DNA of 64,000 nt from an uncultured Chloroflexia bacterium (lineage in GTDB: Bacteria > Chloroflexota > Anaerolineae > CG2-30-64-16): positions 64,001-128,000 of the forward strand of contig CAVZDU010000008.1 of the NCBI GenBank assembly GCA_963774265.1, read 5' to 3'. A program made the position numbers and the translations under genes. Shown here piece after piece: positions 21,657 to 33,990 of this stretch (position 1 is its first letter; every line of letters starts with the position of its first letter). The notes beneath the pieces were generated by a model. It worked only from the letters and a program-made list of their open reading frames with translations. It searched no databases and was not told the origin of the DNA.

Positions 21657-23249
21657 ATGGATGACATTGTTCGGTTTTTCGACACGACTTTACGCGACGG
21701 GGAGCAATCGCCGGGCGCGACGCTCAATATCGACGAAAAGCTGGAGATCGCGCGGTACCTGTCCCGTATGGGTGTAAACGTCATCGAGGCAGGTTTCCCT
21801 ATTGCGTCACCGGGTGACTTCGAGGCAGTCCGCCGCATCGCGGTCGAGATTGGCAGCGGTGATGACGCACCCATCATTGCTGGACTTGCACGCGCGGCAC
21901 GCGCGGATATCGACCGGGCATGGGAAGCCGTCAAGCCAGCACGCAAGCCGCGCATCCACACTTTCCTCGCAACGTCTGACATCCACCTCCAGCACAAGCT
22001 ACGCATAAACCGCGAAGAATGCATCAGGCGTGTGGGCGAAATGGTGACCTATGCCGCCAGTTTGTGTCCCGATATTGAATTCTCGCCTGAAGACGCCGGC
22101 CGTTCGGACCCGGAGTTCCTTTACCAGGTGCTCGAGGCGGCCATCAAGGCCGGCGCTGGGACGTTAAATATCCCGGATACTGTGGGCTACACGACACCAG
22201 CCGAATTCGGTGCACTTATTGCAGGCATTCGCGAAAACGTGCCGGGCGCCAAGGACGTGATCATTTCCGCCCATTGCCACAACGACCTGGGATTGGCCAC
22301 GGCAAACACGCTGGCTGCGGTACAAAACGGCGCACGCCAGGTCGAGGTGACGGTCAATGGCATCGGCGAGCGAGCCGGCAACACGTCCCTCGAGGAAGTG
22401 GTCATGGCTCTTCACACCCGGCCCACGGTGTACAACCTTCACACCACCATTGATACTACCCAGATCGCACGGATCAGCCGCCTGGTGAGCGCGTACACGG
22501 GCATCCCCGTGCAGCCAAACAAAGCCATCGTCGGCGCGAACGCTTTTGCGCACGAGGCCGGCATCCATCAGGATGGCATGCTTAAGAATCCCCTGACCTA
22601 TGAAATCATGCGGCCGGAGACGATCGGAATCAACGAGAGCCGGCTGGTCCTGGGCAAACACAGCGGGCGGCATGCGTTCCAATCCAAGATCGTGGAACTG
22701 GGCTACGTGCTCACCGCCGAGCAACTCAACCAGGTCTTCGAACGCTTCAAGGATCTGTGCGACAAGAAGAAAATCGTGTCGGATCCCGATATCGAGGCGA
22801 TCGTCAACGACGAGGTGTACCAGCCCCAGGAATTGTGGCGCTTGCAACACGTGCAGATCTCCTGCGGCAGCGGCATGCGCCCGACTGCGACGGTGGGATT
22901 GCGCGGGCCAGATGGCATGACGCGCGAGGATGCGGCGCTAGGCGCTGGGCCGGTGGACGCGGTCTACAAAGCTATCAATCGCATCACTCAGGTCCCCAAC
23001 GTGCTGACTGAGTTCAGCATCAAGGCGGTGACCGAGGGGATTGACGCGGTAGGGGAAGTGACCATCCGCATCGAGCCGACAGCGACCAGGACCGGGAACG
23101 GCAACGGCGACGATACGCCCGGGCCGCGCGGACGCACATACAGCGGCCACGGTGCAGACACCGATATCCTCGTAGCCAGCGCAAAGGCATACGTGAGCGC
23201 GCTAAACAAAATGCTGACCGTGATGAAAGCAGGAGCTCAGCTCTTATGA
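21657..23249 (+). CDS. leuA: 2-isopropylmalate synthase
   Basis: [42 protein letters not shown]-terminal regulatory domain. Confidence 0.97.
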   Translation: MDDIVRFFDTTLRDGEQSPGATLNIDEKLEIARYLSRMGVNVIEAGFPIASPGDFEAVRRIAVEIGSGDDAPIIAGLARAARADIDRAWEAVKPARKPRIHTFLATSDIHLQHKLRINREECIRRVGEMVTYAASLCPDIEFSPEDAGRSDPEFLYQVLEAAIKAGAGTLNIPDTVGYTTPAEFGALIAGIRENVPGAKDVIISAHCHNDLGLATANTLAAVQNGARQVEVTVNGIGERAGNTSLEEVVMALHTRPTVYNLHTTIDTTQIARISRLVSAYTGIPVQPNKAIVGANAFAHEAGIHQDGMLKNPLTYEIMRPETIGINESRLVLGKHSGRHAFQSKIVELGYVLTAEQLNQVFERFKDLCDKKKIVSDPDIEAIVNDEVYQPQELWRLQHVQISCGSGMRPTATVGLRGPDGMTREDAALGAGPVDAVYKAINRITQVPNVLTEFSIKAVTEGIDAVGEVTIRIEPTATRTGNGNGDDTPGPRGRTYSGHGADTDILVASAKAYVSALNKMLTVMKAGAQLL

Positions 23250-24652
23250 TGAGGACGCTACTAGAGAAGATCTGGGATGAGCACGTTGTTGCACAAGAAG
23301 CCGGCAGCCCCGCGGTGTTATACGTGGACCTGCACCTTGTGCATGAGGTGACTTCGCCCCAGGCGTTTCAGACGCTGCGCGAACGAGGCTTAGGCGTGCG
23401 CCGGCCGGATAAGACGATCGGCACGCTCGACCACAGCATCCCCACGCACCACCCCTCAATCCCAATGACCGATGCACAGGCTGCGCGCCAGTTGGCGCAG
23501 ATGGAAGCAAATTGTCGCGAGTTCGGGATCTCCCTTTACACCCCTGCATCGGGTAAGCAGGGTATCGTCCATGTCATTGGCCCCGAACAAGGTCTGACGC
23601 AGCCGGGCATGACCATTGTCTGCGGCGACAGCCATACTGCCACCCATCGGCGCGTTTGGCGCACTGGCCTTTGGCGTCGGCACCAGCGAGGTCGGTCACG
23701 TTCTGGCCACGCAGTGTCTCCTGCAGCATAAGCCCAAAAACTATCAGGTGCGCGTCGACGGCCGGCTGCGCTCCGGCGTTTCATCCAAGGACGTCATCCT
23801 CGCGCTCATCAGCCAAATAGGCGTGGGCGGCGGCACGGGGCATGTCTTCGAATATGGCGGGGAGGGCATCAGAGCGCTGTCGATGGAAGAGCGCATGACC
23901 GTGTGCAATATGAGCATTGAGGGCGGCGCGCGCGGGCCGGGCTAATTGCGCCCGACGACACGACCTTCGAGTACTTGGCAGGGAGGCTCCATGCCCCACA
24001 CGGCCCGGCATGGGATGCAGCAGTGGCAGCGTTGGCGCGCCCTTCCTACCGACCAAGATGCGGCCTACGACAAGAGCATCACGCTGAACGCGTCCGACCT
24101 TGTACCGATGGTCACCTACGGCACAAACCCGGGCATGGGCGCACCCATCACCGGCCGAGTACCCGACCCGGGCGCAGCTGCCGATGGCGCGCAGCGTCGC
24201 GGCCTGGAGAAGGCCCTGGCATATATGGGACTCACACCCGGGCAGCCCTTACTCGGCCAGTCGGTGGAAGTCGTGTTCATCGGGAGCTGCACAAATGGCC
24301 GGCTGACCGACCTACGCCAGGCAGCAAGCATTTTCGCGCGGGCGTAAAGTGGCCGAAGGCGTGCGCGTCCTCGTCGTACCTGGCTCCCAACAAGTGAAGG
24401 CCCAGGCAGAGGCTGAACGGCTGGACGAAGTGTTCCTGGCGGCAGGATGTGAGTGGCGCGAGGCGGGGTGCAGTATGTGCATTGCGATGAATGGTGATCA
24501 GCTCGCCGCCCGGTCAATACGCTGTGAGCACCAGCAATCGTAACTTCGAGGGCCGGCAAGGTCCGGGTGGTCGCACTTTCCTGGCCAGCCCACTGACAGC
24601 AGCTGCGAGCGCAGTGACCGGCGCGCTGACCGATCCCAGGACGATGGTGTAG
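23246..24652 (+). CDS. leuC: 3-isopropylmalate dehydratase large subunit (split by indels)
   Basis: [39 protein letters not shown] across successive frames. Confidence 0.95.
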
Positions 24653-24653
24653 C

Positions 24654-25254
24654 ATGGACCCATTCAAAACCTTCACAACGCAGGTGGTCCCCCTTCCTGC
24701 AGAAAACGTCGACACCGACCAGATCATTCCTGCACGTTTTCTCAAGACCACAGACAAGGCTGGGCTGGGCGACAGCCTGTTTTGTGACTGGCGCTATGAT
24801 GCCGCGGGCCAGCCAAAGCCCGATTTCATACTGAACCGCCCGGAAATGAAGGGCCGGAGGATGCTGCTGGCCGGAGACAACTTCGGCTGCGGTAGTTCAG
24901 CGCGAGCACGCGCCATGGGCACTGCTGGGTTATGGCTTCAAGGCCGTGATCAGCACGTCATTCGCCGATATCTTCCGGAACAATGCACTCAAGAACGGTC
25001 TGCTGCCAATCGTTGTGGACGGCGACACCCATCGCCGGCTATTCGAGATGCTGGGCGCTGATCCTGACGCACAGGTGACCGTGGACCTGGCGACGCAGAC
25101 CGTCGCGCTGCCCAACAAGTTGTCCGTGACATTCCAGATCGACCCCTTCTCGCGCACCTGCCTGCTGCAAGGCGTCGATGAGTTGGGCTATTTGCTGGGC
25201 CACTCGCCCGCCATCGCTGCTTACGAAGCCGCGCAGGCCGCGCTCGGAAACTGA
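24654..25254 (+). CDS. leuD: 3-isopropylmalate dehydratase small subunit (one indel)
   Basis: [20 protein letters not shown](REHA), [14 protein letters not shown]. Confidence 0.95.
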
Positions 25255-25261
25255 GGTTCTT

Positions 25262-26836
25262 ATGTATGCCGCAGTCTTCATCTACGACACCACACTGCGC
25301 GACGGTGCTCAGGCTGAAGGTATTTCCTTTTCGCTAGAAGACAAGATCAAAATCGCCCAGCGATTGGACGCAATCGGTGTGCCATTCATCGAGGGTGGCT
25401 GGCCGGGATCGAACGCCAAGGACATCGAGTTTTTCCGGCGCATTCAGTCAGTTCCGCTCAGACAGGCGCAAGTCGCGGCGTTCGGCGCAACGCGTCGCGC
25501 CGGTATGACCTGCGAAGCCGACCCCCAGGTGGCCCTGCTTCTGGCTGCCGAGACGCCTGTGTTGACGATTGTGGGTAAGAGTTGGGACCTGCATGTGCAT
25601 CATGTGCTGGAGACCACGCTCACCGAAAACCTCGCCATGATCGCTGATACTGTGCACTATCTCAAAACACGTGGTCGCCAGGTCTTCTATGATGCCGAAC
25701 ACTTCTTCGACGGGTACAAGGCCAATCCCGCCTATGCCTTAGAGTGTGTGACCGCCGCCCAAGGCGCCGGGGCAGACGCAGTGGTCTTGTGCGACACCAA
25801 CGGCGGAACGATGTCTTGGGAGATCGAGGAGATTGTGCGCAAGACGCGGTCTCACCTGGCGCATCAACCGGGCGCGGCCGCGCTGGGCATCCACACCCAT
25901 GATGACGCAGGGATGGCGGTAGCCAACACGCTGGCCGCAGTCCGCGCCGGTTGCACGCAAGTGCAAGGTACGCTCAACGGCATCGGCGAGCGCGTGGGCA
26001 ATTGCAACCTGTGCACGGTGATCCCCAATCTCCAGCTGAAAATGGGTGTGCGCTGCCTGGCAGACGACCAGTTGCGCCGCCTGACGGAATTATCGCGCTT
26101 TGCATCAGAAACGGCCAACCTGGCAGCCAACCCCCGGGTGCCCTATGTTGGCGCAAGCGCGTTCGCCCACAAGGGCGGCATCCATGTGGCCGCGGTCATG
26201 AAAATGGAACACAGTTACCAGCATATCGATCCGAACCTGGTGGGCAACGAGCGCAGGGTGCTGGTGAGTGAGCTATCGGGCCGCGGCAATCTGATCTACA
26301 AGGCTCAGGAGTTCGGCGTCGACGCGAGCAAGGAGGAAGTCCAGCAGGTTCTGGCGCAGGTCAAGGAACAAGAAAGCCGTGGGTTCTATTACGAGGGTGC
26401 GGAGGCGTCGGTTGCACTCATGCTCCACCGGCTAAGACCCGGCTATCGCCGCCCATTCGAGCTCATTGACTTCATGGCCGTGGTGGAACACCGCCAAGGT
26501 CGCGGCCTCTTCGCGGAGGCCAGCGTCAAGGTCAAAGTGGGTGACGAAGTGATGCACACCGCAGCCGAAGGAAACGGTCCGGTCAACGCGCTGGATCAGG
26601 CGCTGCGCAAGGCGCTCATCCCCCATTACCCCCGGCTTGCCGAAGTACACCTGGCCGACTTTAAGGTCCGTATCCTCGATGGCGAATCTGCAACCGCAGC
26701 TACGACTCGTGTTATTATTACGACTCAAAATGGCCATCGCGACTGGAGCACGGTGGGCAGTTCCCCGAACATTATCGAGTCCTCCTGGCAGGCCCTGGTC
26801 GATAGCATGGAATACGCACTGCTACCTGAAACATAG
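25262..26836 (+). CDS. cimA: Citramalate synthase
   Basis: [54 protein letters not shown]. Confidence 0.93.
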   Translation: MYAAVFIYDTTLRDGAQAEGISFSLEDKIKIAQRLDAIGVPFIEGGWPGSNAKDIEFFRRIQSVPLRQAQVAAFGATRRAGMTCEADPQVALLLAAETPVLTIVGKSWDLHVHHVLETTLTENLAMIADTVHYLKTRGRQVFYDAEHFFDGYKANPAYALECVTAAQGAGADAVVLCDTNGGTMSWEIEEIVRKTRSHLAHQPGAAALGIHTHDDAGMAVANTLAAVRAGCTQVQGTLNGIGERVGNCNLCTVIPNLQLKMGVRCLADDQLRRLTELSRFASETANLAANPRVPYVGASAFAHKGGIHVAAVMKMEHSYQHIDPNLVGNERRVLVSELSGRGNLIYKAQEFGVDASKEEVQQVLAQVKEQESRGFYYEGAEASVALMLHRLRPGYRRPFELIDFMAVVEHRQGRGLFAEASVKVKVGDEVMHTAAEGNGPVNALDQALRKALIPHYPRLAEVHLADFKVRILDGESATAATTRVIITTQNGHRDWSTVGSSPNIIESSWQALVDSMEYALLPET

Positions 26837-26847
26837 CAAGGAGTTAT

Positions 26848-27942
26848 ATGCAGGCTAATATCACGGTTTTGGGCGGAGACGGTATCGGCCCCGATGTAGC
26901 TGCGGAAGGGGTGAAGGTGTTGCGGACCTCCGCGGCGAAGTATGGCCACGAGTTCCACTTCACCGACTGCCTGATGGGGGGTGTCGCCATCGATCAAACG
27001 GGCGCGGCCTTGCCCGATGAGACGCTGGCCCAGTGCAAGGCAAGTGACGCGGTGCTTCTAGGCGCCGTGGGCGGTCCCAAGTGGAGCGACCCTCGCGCGC
27101 CGGTCCGGCCCGAACAGGGGTTGCTAGCGATACGCGCCGGGCTGGGGCTATTCGCCAATGTGCGTCCGGTTAAGGTCTACCCCGCGCTGGTTGACGCATC
27201 GACACTCAAACGCGAAGTGGTTGAAGACGTGGACCTGGTCATATTGCGCGAGCTGACCGGAGGCCTCTACTTCGGCAAGCCGCAGGGCGTATTCGGTGAG
27301 GCGCCCAATCGCTCGGGCGTGGACACGATGTCCTACACTGAGGGTGAGATCAGCCGGCTGATGCGCGTAGCGTTCGACCTGGCGCGCGGCCGTCGCAAGA
27401 AGGTTTCTTCAGCCGATAAGGCTAACGTGCTCGCATCTTCACGTCTCTGGCGCACGGTAGCCCATGAAGTCCATGCTGAGTACCCCGATGTTGAGTTGGA
27501 GGACGTGCTCGTCGATGCCTGCGCGATGTACCTTGTGCGTAAGCCGCGGCAGTACGACGTCATCGCCACTGAAAACACCTTCGGTGATATCCTGTCGGAC
27601 GAGGCTTCTATGCTGGCAGGCAGCATGGGCATGCTGCCATCCGCTTCCCTTGCTGAGTCTACGGAAAGCACTGGTCGCCGGCTTGGCCTTTACGAACCCA
27701 TCCACGGCAGCGCACCGGACATCGCCGGCAAGGGGATTGCGAACCCCCTGGCGACGATCCTGAGTTGCGCCATGCTCCTCCGTTGGTCGCTGGGACTGCT
27801 CGCCGAAGCTGATTCGGTCGAGCGAGCCGTCGATGCGGTCTTGGCTGATGGCTACCGCTGCCGCGATATCATGACCCCCGATGGCAAGTGCTTATCTACG
27901 ACAGACATGGGCCATGCGGTGGCCGAGCGAATAGGACGTTGA
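26848..27942 (+). CDS. leuB: 3-isopropylmalate dehydrogenase
   Basis: [44 protein letters not shown]. Confidence 0.98.
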   Translation: MQANITVLGGDGIGPDVAAEGVKVLRTSAAKYGHEFHFTDCLMGGVAIDQTGAALPDETLAQCKASDAVLLGAVGGPKWSDPRAPVRPEQGLLAIRAGLGLFANVRPVKVYPALVDASTLKREVVEDVDLVILRELTGGLYFGKPQGVFGEAPNRSGVDTMSYTEGEISRLMRVAFDLARGRRKKVSSADKANVLASSRLWRTVAHEVHAEYPDVELEDVLVDACAMYLVRKPRQYDVIATENTFGDILSDEASMLAGSMGMLPSASLAESTESTGRRLGLYEPIHGSAPDIAGKGIANPLATILSCAMLLRWSLGLLAEADSVERAVDAVLADGYRCRDIMTPDGKCLSTTDMGHAVAERIGR

Positions 27943-27963
27943 TTTAACTCTACAGAGGTTACT

Positions 27964-29634
27964 ATGCGTTCAGATATGGTTAAGAAAGGGTTCGAACGGG
28001 CGCCGCATCGTGCTCTGCTTCGCGCCACCGGTGTCATCCGCAGCGAGGCGGACTTCGACAAGCCGTTCATAGCTATCGCCAACTCCTATACCGACATCAT
28101 TCCTGGTCACGTTCATCTCAGAGAATTCGGCGAGGTGGTGCGCCAGGCGGTGTGGGACGCGGGTGGCGTGCCCTTCATGTTTCACACCATTGGCGTTGAT
28201 GATGGCATCGCGATGGGGCATATGGGGATGAAGTATTCGTTGGCCAGCCGGGAACTCATCGCAGACGCGGTAGAGACGGTGGTGGCGGCACACTGGTTTG
28301 ACGGCATGATCTGTATCCCGAACTGCGATAAGATTGTGCCGGGGATGCTGATGGCCGCGATGCGTCTCAACATCCCGACTATCTTCGTCAGTGGCGGTCC
28401 GATGAAGGCCGGTGTAACCCCTTCGGGCAAAGTGGTGGACCTGATCTCGGTCTTCGAGGGGGTGGGCGCTTACAAGACCGGCAAGATCGGCGATCAGGAG
28501 CTCAGCGATCTTGAGCAGTTCGCTTGCCCGACGTGCGGCTCTTGCTCCGGGATGTTCACGGCCAACTCGATGAACTGCCTGTGCGAGGCGCTCGGCATGG
28601 CTCTGCCCGGCAACGGCACAATCCTGGCCGTGGATCCCCGCCGCGAAGCGCTTGCCCGCGCAGCCGGCCGGCAGATGATGAACCTGATCGATATTGACCT
28701 CAAGCCACGCGATATCGTGACGGCGGAGGCCATTGACAACGCGTTTGCACTGGACATGGCCATGGGCGGCTCGACCAACACCGTCCTGCACACCCTGGCG
28801 CTGGCGCACGAGGCCGGCTTGAACTACCCGCTGGCACGATTGAACGAGGTGGCCGAACGGGTGCCGAACATCTGCAAGGTGTCGCCATCCTCGCCCTACC
28901 ATCTGGAGGATGTGGACAAAGCGGGCGGCGTCTCGGCCATCTTGTGGGAGCTATCCAAGCGGCCGGGCGTGCTGCACGCGGATGCAATCACGGTGACGGG
29001 CAAGACCTTGCTCGAGAACGTGCGCGGCGCGGAGAGCCTCGACAAGGCATGCGTCCGCCCACTGGAAAACCCCTACAGCGAACGCGGCGGGCTGGCGATT
29101 CTCTTCGGCAACCTCGCGCCCGACGGCGCGGTGATCAAGTCTGCGGGCGTGCTGCCGGAGATGCTGCGGCATCGCGGCCCGGCGGTGGTCTTCGACTCAC
29201 ATGACGAGGCGAACGCGGGCATCCTGAGCGGCAAAGTGAAATCCGGCGACGTGGTCATCATCCGCTATGAGGGACCGATGGGCGGTCCCGGCATGCAGGA
29301 AATGCTGGCGCCCACGTCGAACATCATGGGAATGGGCCTGGGCACATCGGTCGCGCTAATCACCGACGGCCGATTTAGTGGTGGCACACGCGGCGCGTGC
29401 ATCGGTCACGTCTCCCCGGAAGCGGCGACGGGCGGCCCTATCGCGCTCGTACGAGATGGCGACATCATCGATATCAATATCCCGGACCGCTCGTTGTGCG
29501 TCGAAGTCATGGACGAGGAGCTCTCCCGGCGCAAGGCCGAGTGGCAGGCGCCCCAGCGCGAATTAAGCGGTTGGCTTAAGCGCTATGCCGCCATGGTCAC
29601 GTCCGGGAGCGAGGGGGCCGTCCTCAGAATCTGA
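27964..29634 (+). CDS. ilvD: Dihydroxy-acid dehydratase
   Basis: [40 protein letters not shown]. Confidence 0.98.
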   Translation: MRSDMVKKGFERAPHRALLRATGVIRSEADFDKPFIAIANSYTDIIPGHVHLREFGEVVRQAVWDAGGVPFMFHTIGVDDGIAMGHMGMKYSLASRELIADAVETVVAAHWFDGMICIPNCDKIVPGMLMAAMRLNIPTIFVSGGPMKAGVTPSGKVVDLISVFEGVGAYKTGKIGDQELSDLEQFACPTCGSCSGMFTANSMNCLCEALGMALPGNGTILAVDPRREALARAAGRQMMNLIDIDLKPRDIVTAEAIDNAFALDMAMGGSTNTVLHTLALAHEAGLNYPLARLNEVAERVPNICKVSPSSPYHLEDVDKAGGVSAILWELSKRPGVLHADAITVTGKTLLENVRGAESLDKACVRPLENPYSERGGLAILFGNLAPDGAVIKSAGVLPEMLRHRGPAVVFDSHDEANAGILSGKVKSGDVVIIRYEGPMGGPGMQEMLAPTSNIMGMGLGTSVALITDGRFSGGTRGACIGHVSPEAATGGPIALVRDGDIIDINIPDRSLCVEVMDEELSRRKAEWQAPQRELSGWLKRYAAMVTSGSEGAVLRI

Positions 29635-29652
29635 CACAGCTTAGCCGCAGAG

Positions 29653-29726
29653 GCCACAGAGAGTCCAGAGGTGACAGGGTTAAGTGCGCATCACCTACTC
29701 CCTGTGTCCTCTGTGCGCTCTGTGGC
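29653..29726. repeat. Imperfect long palindrome (CACAGAG-type REP-like) between convergent ilvD and aspC
   Basis: gccacagagagtccagaggtgacaggg ... ccctgtgtcctctgtgcgctctgtggc; 27-nt arms, 5 mismatches. Confidence 0.65.
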
Positions 29727-29734
29727 AAATGCTG

Positions 29735-30925
29735 TTACAACACGGACGCGATCGCCTGGCACACCACCGGTAGGTTCGAGCGCGTCAGCCCTGCCATATT
29801 GATCCGCCCCGAATCCACAATATAGATCGAGTGCTCGTTGCGCAGGCGGTGCACCTGTTCTTTCGTCAGCCCGGTAAAAGAAAACATGCCGTTTTGGTCC
29901 GCAAGGCACGAAAAATCTCGATCCACACCGCGTGAATGCAATCCAGCGACGAACTGCCGGCGCATCTCCTGGATGCGACTCCGCACCGCGTCAAGCTCCA
30001 TCTCCCACTCCGCGCGCAGTTCCGGAGATTTGAGAATTGTGGAAACGATCCTGGCGCCATGCGCGGGAGGGTTCGAGTAGTTCGTGCGGATGACGATTTT
30101 GATCTGACTCAGCGTGGCTTCGGCGACTGCGGGTGTCTGCGCGATGACTGTCAGCGCACCCACCCGCTCGTTGTATAACCCGAAATTTTTCGAATAAGAA
30201 CTGGCGATCATCATTTCCGGCAGCCGCTCAATAAGGAGGCGTACGCCCGTCGCATCGTCATTCAGTCCGCGGCCAAACCCCTGGTATGCAAAGTCGATCA
30301 GCGGGAGCGCGCCCCGCCTCTCCAGAAGGGCGGCAACCTGGATCCATTGGTCAGGCGTCAGGTCAGCCCCGGTTGGATTATGACAACTGCCATGCAACAG
30401 AACCATGTCACCCGCTTGCACTCGCCGGAGGCCATCGATCATCGCGGTGAAGTCCACACAGTTGTTGGGGACATCGAAATATGGATACGTCTCCACCGAC
30501 AGTCCGGCGGCTTTCATGAGGCCGGGGTGGTTGGGCCAGGTCGGCTGGCTGATCCACACCTTTGCATCCGGCTTTGCCTTCTTGATTAAATCTGCAGCCA
30601 CGCGCAACGCGCCGGTGCCGCCAGGGGCATGGGCAGTGATTGCCCGTCCGTCGGCGATGACTGCTCGATCTGACCCGAAGAGCAGTCCCTGCACCGCGCC
30701 CGTGTACTCCGGTGCGCCCGTGATTCCCAGATAGCTCTTCGAAATCTCCGTCTCGAGAATATCTGCCTCGGCGCGCTTGACAGCGCGAAAAACCGGCGTG
30801 TTGCCCGTTTCATCACGGTACACGCCCGCAGCCAGGTTGATCTTGACGGGGCTAGGGTCACGCTTGAACGCCTCCTCAAGACCGAGGATAGGATCAGGGG
30901 GCGCGATTTCGAGATTGTTAAGCAT
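29735..30925 (-). CDS. aspC: Aspartate/aromatic amino acid aminotransferase (AspC/TyrB type)
   Basis: PPDPILGL, GGTGALR, PTWPNH, HNPTG, DFAYQGF, SYSKNFGLYNERVG, GMFS, SGRIN. Confidence 0.92.
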   Translation of the reverse strand: MLNNLEIAPPDPILGLEEAFKRDPSPVKINLAAGVYRDETGNTPVFRAVKRAEADILETEISKSYLGITGAPEYTGAVQGLLFGSDRAVIADGRAITAHAPGGTGALRVAADLIKKAKPDAKVWISQPTWPNHPGLMKAAGLSVETYPYFDVPNNCVDFTAMIDGLRRVQAGDMVLLHGSCHNPTGADLTPDQWIQVAALLERRGALPLIDFAYQGFGRGLNDDATGVRLLIERLPEMMIASSYSKNFGLYNERVGALTVIAQTPAVAEATLSQIKIVIRTNYSNPPAHGARIVSTILKSPELRAEWEMELDAVRSRIQEMRRQFVAGLHSRGVDRDFSCLADQNGMFSFTGLTKEQVHRLRNEHSIYIVDSGRINMAGLTRSNLPVVCQAIASVL

Positions 30926-31033
30926 CAGGAACTCTCCTCAGAGATTTGGTGTCAGGATAGAGCATGAATTGCTGTATCGTTTATAGGTGGCATCATTGCG
31001 AAGAACAATATTATAGCGCAAGAACCACTAATG

Positions 31034-31068
31034 AAAAAAAGCCCTCGAACTCGTGCGTTCGAGGGCTT
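31034..31068 (-). terminator. Intrinsic terminator of the sulfur operon
   Basis: aagccctcgaac..gttcgagggctt hairpin with A7 on the + strand (U-tract on -), just past the DsrE2 stop. Confidence 0.85.
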
Positions 31069-31090
31069 ACCGGGGGACGGCCGAAATCGA

Positions 31091-31591
31091 TCAGATGAAG
31101 AGGAACTGCGCGCCTTCGGTCATGTCCATGAAGTCGCCCGCGGTCACGATATCGATGACGCCGTCGACAAAGTCTTCCTTCTTCAGGCCCATCATGTCCA
31201 CGCTCATCTTGCACGCATAGAGCTTAGCCCCGCCGTCCACCAGCATCTGGAGGTACTCGTTTACCGGCGGTGCGCCGACGGCGGCCATCTTCTTCTTCAT
31301 GAACCATGTGGTGAACCTGGTCATACCGGGTAGAATGCTCACGATGTTCGGGATGCCCAGGTTGCCGGTCGGCAGCCCCATCATCTTCATCTTCAAGCTG
31401 GTGTTGCCCACTGGCGCCAGCTCAAGCCGCCAGTGCCGCGTCTTGGTGATCATATCCATGCCCCAGAAGGTGAAGAAGATGGTCACGTCGATGCCATTGC
31501 CCAACGCGGCCCACCCCATTATCAGCGCGGGGTATGCCATATCGAGATCGCCCTTAGAACAGATGAAGGCGACCTTTCGCTCGTCAGCCAT
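31091..31591 (-). CDS. DsrE/DsrF-like (DsrE2-type) sulfur-transfer protein
   Basis: SKGDLDMAYPALI, IFFTFWG, conserved Cys in YACKMS. Confidence 0.88.
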   Translation of the reverse strand: MADERKVAFICSKGDLDMAYPALIMGWAALGNGIDVTIFFTFWGMDMITKTRHWRLELAPVGNTSLKMKMMGLPTGNLGIPNIVSILPGMTRFTTWFMKKKMAAVGAPPVNEYLQMLVDGGAKLYACKMSVDMMGLKKEDFVDGVIDIVTAGDFMDMTEGAQFLFI

Positions 31592-31615
31592 GAGAATTCT
31601 CCTTATCATGCGGGA

Positions 31616-31645
31616 AACCTAAAGGTTTTGGAAGCCCTTTAGGTT
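31616..31645. repeat. Intergenic palindrome (REP-like)
   Basis: aacctaaagg-N10-cctttaggtt. Confidence 0.6.
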
Positions 31646-31652
31646 GGGTCCA

Positions 31653-31973
31653 TCAAACGCAGCCTTCGGGTTTGCCGAGGCCAGCGATGCGGGCGACCTT
31701 CTTGGCCGGCCCCTTGGGGAACAGGCCGAACAGTTCCTTAGTCTGGACGCCGGTGCCGGTGGTAATCTGGCGCAGCGTAGGAGACTTGCCACCCAGGCCC
31801 TTCGAGGCCTCACGACAGAAGTCGATGACCTTCCAATGATTAGCGGTCAGTTCCGCCAGGCCCTCGTCCTTGGCGATCTCGGCCGCAATGTCCTTGTTCC
31901 ACTCACTCGGGTCGGTCAGGAAGCCTTCATCGTTGACCTGGACGGTCTTGCCGGCAATAGTGCGGGTAGCCAT
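31653..31973 (-). CDS. TusE/DsrC family sulfur-relay protein with a single C-terminal Cys
   Basis: DEGFL..W, LTANHWKVI, LFPKGPAK..RIAGLGKPEGCV. Confidence 0.92.
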   Translation of the reverse strand: MATRTIAGKTVQVNDEGFLTDPSEWNKDIAAEIAKDEGLAELTANHWKVIDFCREASKGLGGKSPTLRQITTGTGVQTKELFGLFPKGPAKKVARIAGLGKPEGCV

Positions 31974-32027
31974 GTTTTTCTTGCTCCTTTGGTCTAACTT
32001 GCCTGTTTTGTCATGTTGATCGTTGTC

Positions 32028-32711
32028 TTACTTGGTTCCATTGCCGCCCTGTGCGCCGACGACGCTCAGGATGCGCATGGTCAAGGCCAAGCCGCGGCGC
32101 ACGTTCGGATCACGCATCTGGCCGAGAAGAGCTGGCAGTGACGTTTTCACGGGCTTCGCCACCTCGACCTCTGTCTGCGCCATGATGGTGCGCACAAACC
32201 CCATGATTTCAGGCTGGGTCATGTCCTTCACCGTGTTCAGAATCAGGACGACGTTATCTCCCAGCTTCTGCACATCTTCTTCGGTGAACGACGCAACAAC
32301 GTTATCAGCGATCTTCAGCCCGCCCGAGGCAAAGGCGAAGTAGCCCCTGTGTTCGGCAACCTGTAACAGGTCAGTGGCCTTCTCGAATGCCTGGTTGGTC
32401 AGCGGCCCGACGGTTTGCGCCAGATCCATCATGCTCTCGAGTTGATCCAGCATTGTCTCGAAATGGCGTCCATTTCGCAGGAGCCGCTTCACGAGGCGCA
32501 GCAGATCGCCGAGATCGACATATTCCTGCACTTCCTCCAACTGTTCCACGGCCAACCGAAAGCCATCATTGACGATGGGAGTCATGTCGTGCATCAGTTC
32601 AGCGCGTTCCTGGCGCTCGCGCTCCGCACGCCGGGCTTGTTCGGTCAGGTACGCCACTTGCTGAGTCAGGGCGTCAAGCTTATCGTTCAGTGCGACCAGT
32701 GCCTGGTCCAT
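32028..32711 (-). CDS. DUF1641-like helical protein
   Basis: Coiled-coil N-terminus and C-terminal SLPALLGQMRDPNVRRGL; RBS GGAGG before ATG 32711. Confidence 0.8.
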   Translation of the reverse strand: MDQALVALNDKLDALTQQVAYLTEQARRAERERQERAELMHDMTPIVNDGFRLAVEQLEEVQEYVDLGDLLRLVKRLLRNGRHFETMLDQLESMMDLAQTVGPLTNQAFEKATDLLQVAEHRGYFAFASGGLKIADNVVASFTEEDVQKLGDNVVLILNTVKDMTQPEIMGFVRTIMAQTEVEVAKPVKTSLPALLGQMRDPNVRRGLALTMRILSVVGAQGGNGTK

Positions 32712-32722
32712 GACGTCCCTCC

Positions 32723-33955
32723 TTACTGCCGCCACTTGCCGTACATGCTCATGCGCGCGGGCAGCGGCAGCTCCTGGCCCTTCAACAGGATGTTCCAGTA
32801 CATCCAGCGGAACATCATCTTGCCCCAATGGTTCATCTCCGATTCCTGCAGTAGCGTGAAAGGACCCACGCCGGGCAGCGGGTAACGGCCGGGCAGCGGC
32901 TCGACATCGTAGTTGAAGTCGATGAGCAGGCCTTTGCCGAAACCGGATTCGATGAAGCAATTGGCGTGGCCGTCAAACGTAGGCAGCATCTCCAACCCGT
33001 CGATGTGACGCAGGAAATTCTCGGAGAAGATATCGACCGCATAGTGCGCCACCGAGCCGGCCTTGGAAGTCGGCACGGCCGCAGCATCGCCCAAGACGAA
33101 GACATTGCTGTACTTCGGCGAGAGGAATGTGTGCTTGTCAACCGGAATGAAGTTGAGCTCGTCGCCCATGCCCGAACGCGCGATCACATCGTCGCCCATG
33201 TTCAGGGGCACGCTGATCAGCAAATCGTACTCGATCTCTTGTTCGTCGTAGGAGACGAGTTTCTTGGCATCGGGTTGAACTTCCATCGCCATGAAATCAG
33301 GCACCACCTTGACGTTCTTTTGATCCAGGATATTGCCCAGATGTTGGGCGGCGATCGGTTTCGTGAAGGCCCCGGAGAGTGGGGTCGCGTAGATCAGCTC
33401 AACGCGGTCCCGGATACCCTGCTCGTGGAAGAACCAGTCCGCAAGCATAATGAATTCAAGCGGCGCGACTGGACACTTGATCGGGTTCTCAACCACGTTG
33501 ACCACCATACGACCCCCCTGCCATGTGCGCAGGTGCTTGGCCAACGCCATTGCGCCTTCGATCGTATAGAAGTCATAGATGGACTTATACCATTCGTGTT
33601 CCTGCAGACCAGGTGTCTGGTCCGGCCGCGTTATGGCCCCGGTGGCGATCACCAGGAAGTCATAGCTCAAATACCGGCCGTCCTTGACCAGCTTCACCCG
33701 GTTGTGCTCAGGCTCGATGAGCTCGACGGGTGACATGATCAGTTCGACGCCGGTCGGGATGAAGTCGCGCTTCGGCTTAACCACGTCGCTCTTGCTGTAC
33801 ATCCCGAAGGGCAAGAACAAAAAGCCGGGTTGGTAGTAGTGCGTTTCATGTTGATCGACGACGGTGATGTGCCACTCGTCGTCAAGAAGACGGCGCAGCC
33901 GGCTGACGACCATGGTGCCGGCGGTGCCGGCACCAAGTACCAATAGCTTCTTCAT
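32723..33955 (-). CDS. sqr: Sulfide:quinone oxidoreductase-like flavoprotein (type III SQR-like)
   Basis: LGAGTAG FAD motif, HYYQPGFLF, KCPVAPLEF, GDAA..TSKAGS, GHANCF (Cys pair). Confidence 0.88.
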   Translation of the reverse strand: MKKLLVLGAGTAGTMVVSRLRRLLDDEWHITVVDQHETHYYQPGFLFLPFGMYSKSDVVKPKRDFIPTGVELIMSPVELIEPEHNRVKLVKDGRYLSYDFLVIATGAITRPDQTPGLQEHEWYKSIYDFYTIEGAMALAKHLRTWQGGRMVVNVVENPIKCPVAPLEFIMLADWFFHEQGIRDRVELIYATPLSGAFTKPIAAQHLGNILDQKNVKVVPDFMAMEVQPDAKKLVSYDEQEIEYDLLISVPLNMGDDVIARSGMGDELNFIPVDKHTFLSPKYSNVFVLGDAAAVPTSKAGSVAHYAVDIFSENFLRHIDGLEMLPTFDGHANCFIESGFGKGLLIDFNYDVEPLPGRYPLPGVGPFTLLQESEMNHWGKMMFRWMYWNILLKGQELPLPARMSMYGKWRQ

Positions 33956-33990
33956 AAAACACAAGCCTCCACTCGCTGAAAGAGGATAGA

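Noticed and set aside
31653-31973. Dissimilatory sulfite reduction (true DsrC)
   Set aside because: The second conserved C-terminal Cys is absent and no dsrAB or dsrMK is in the window
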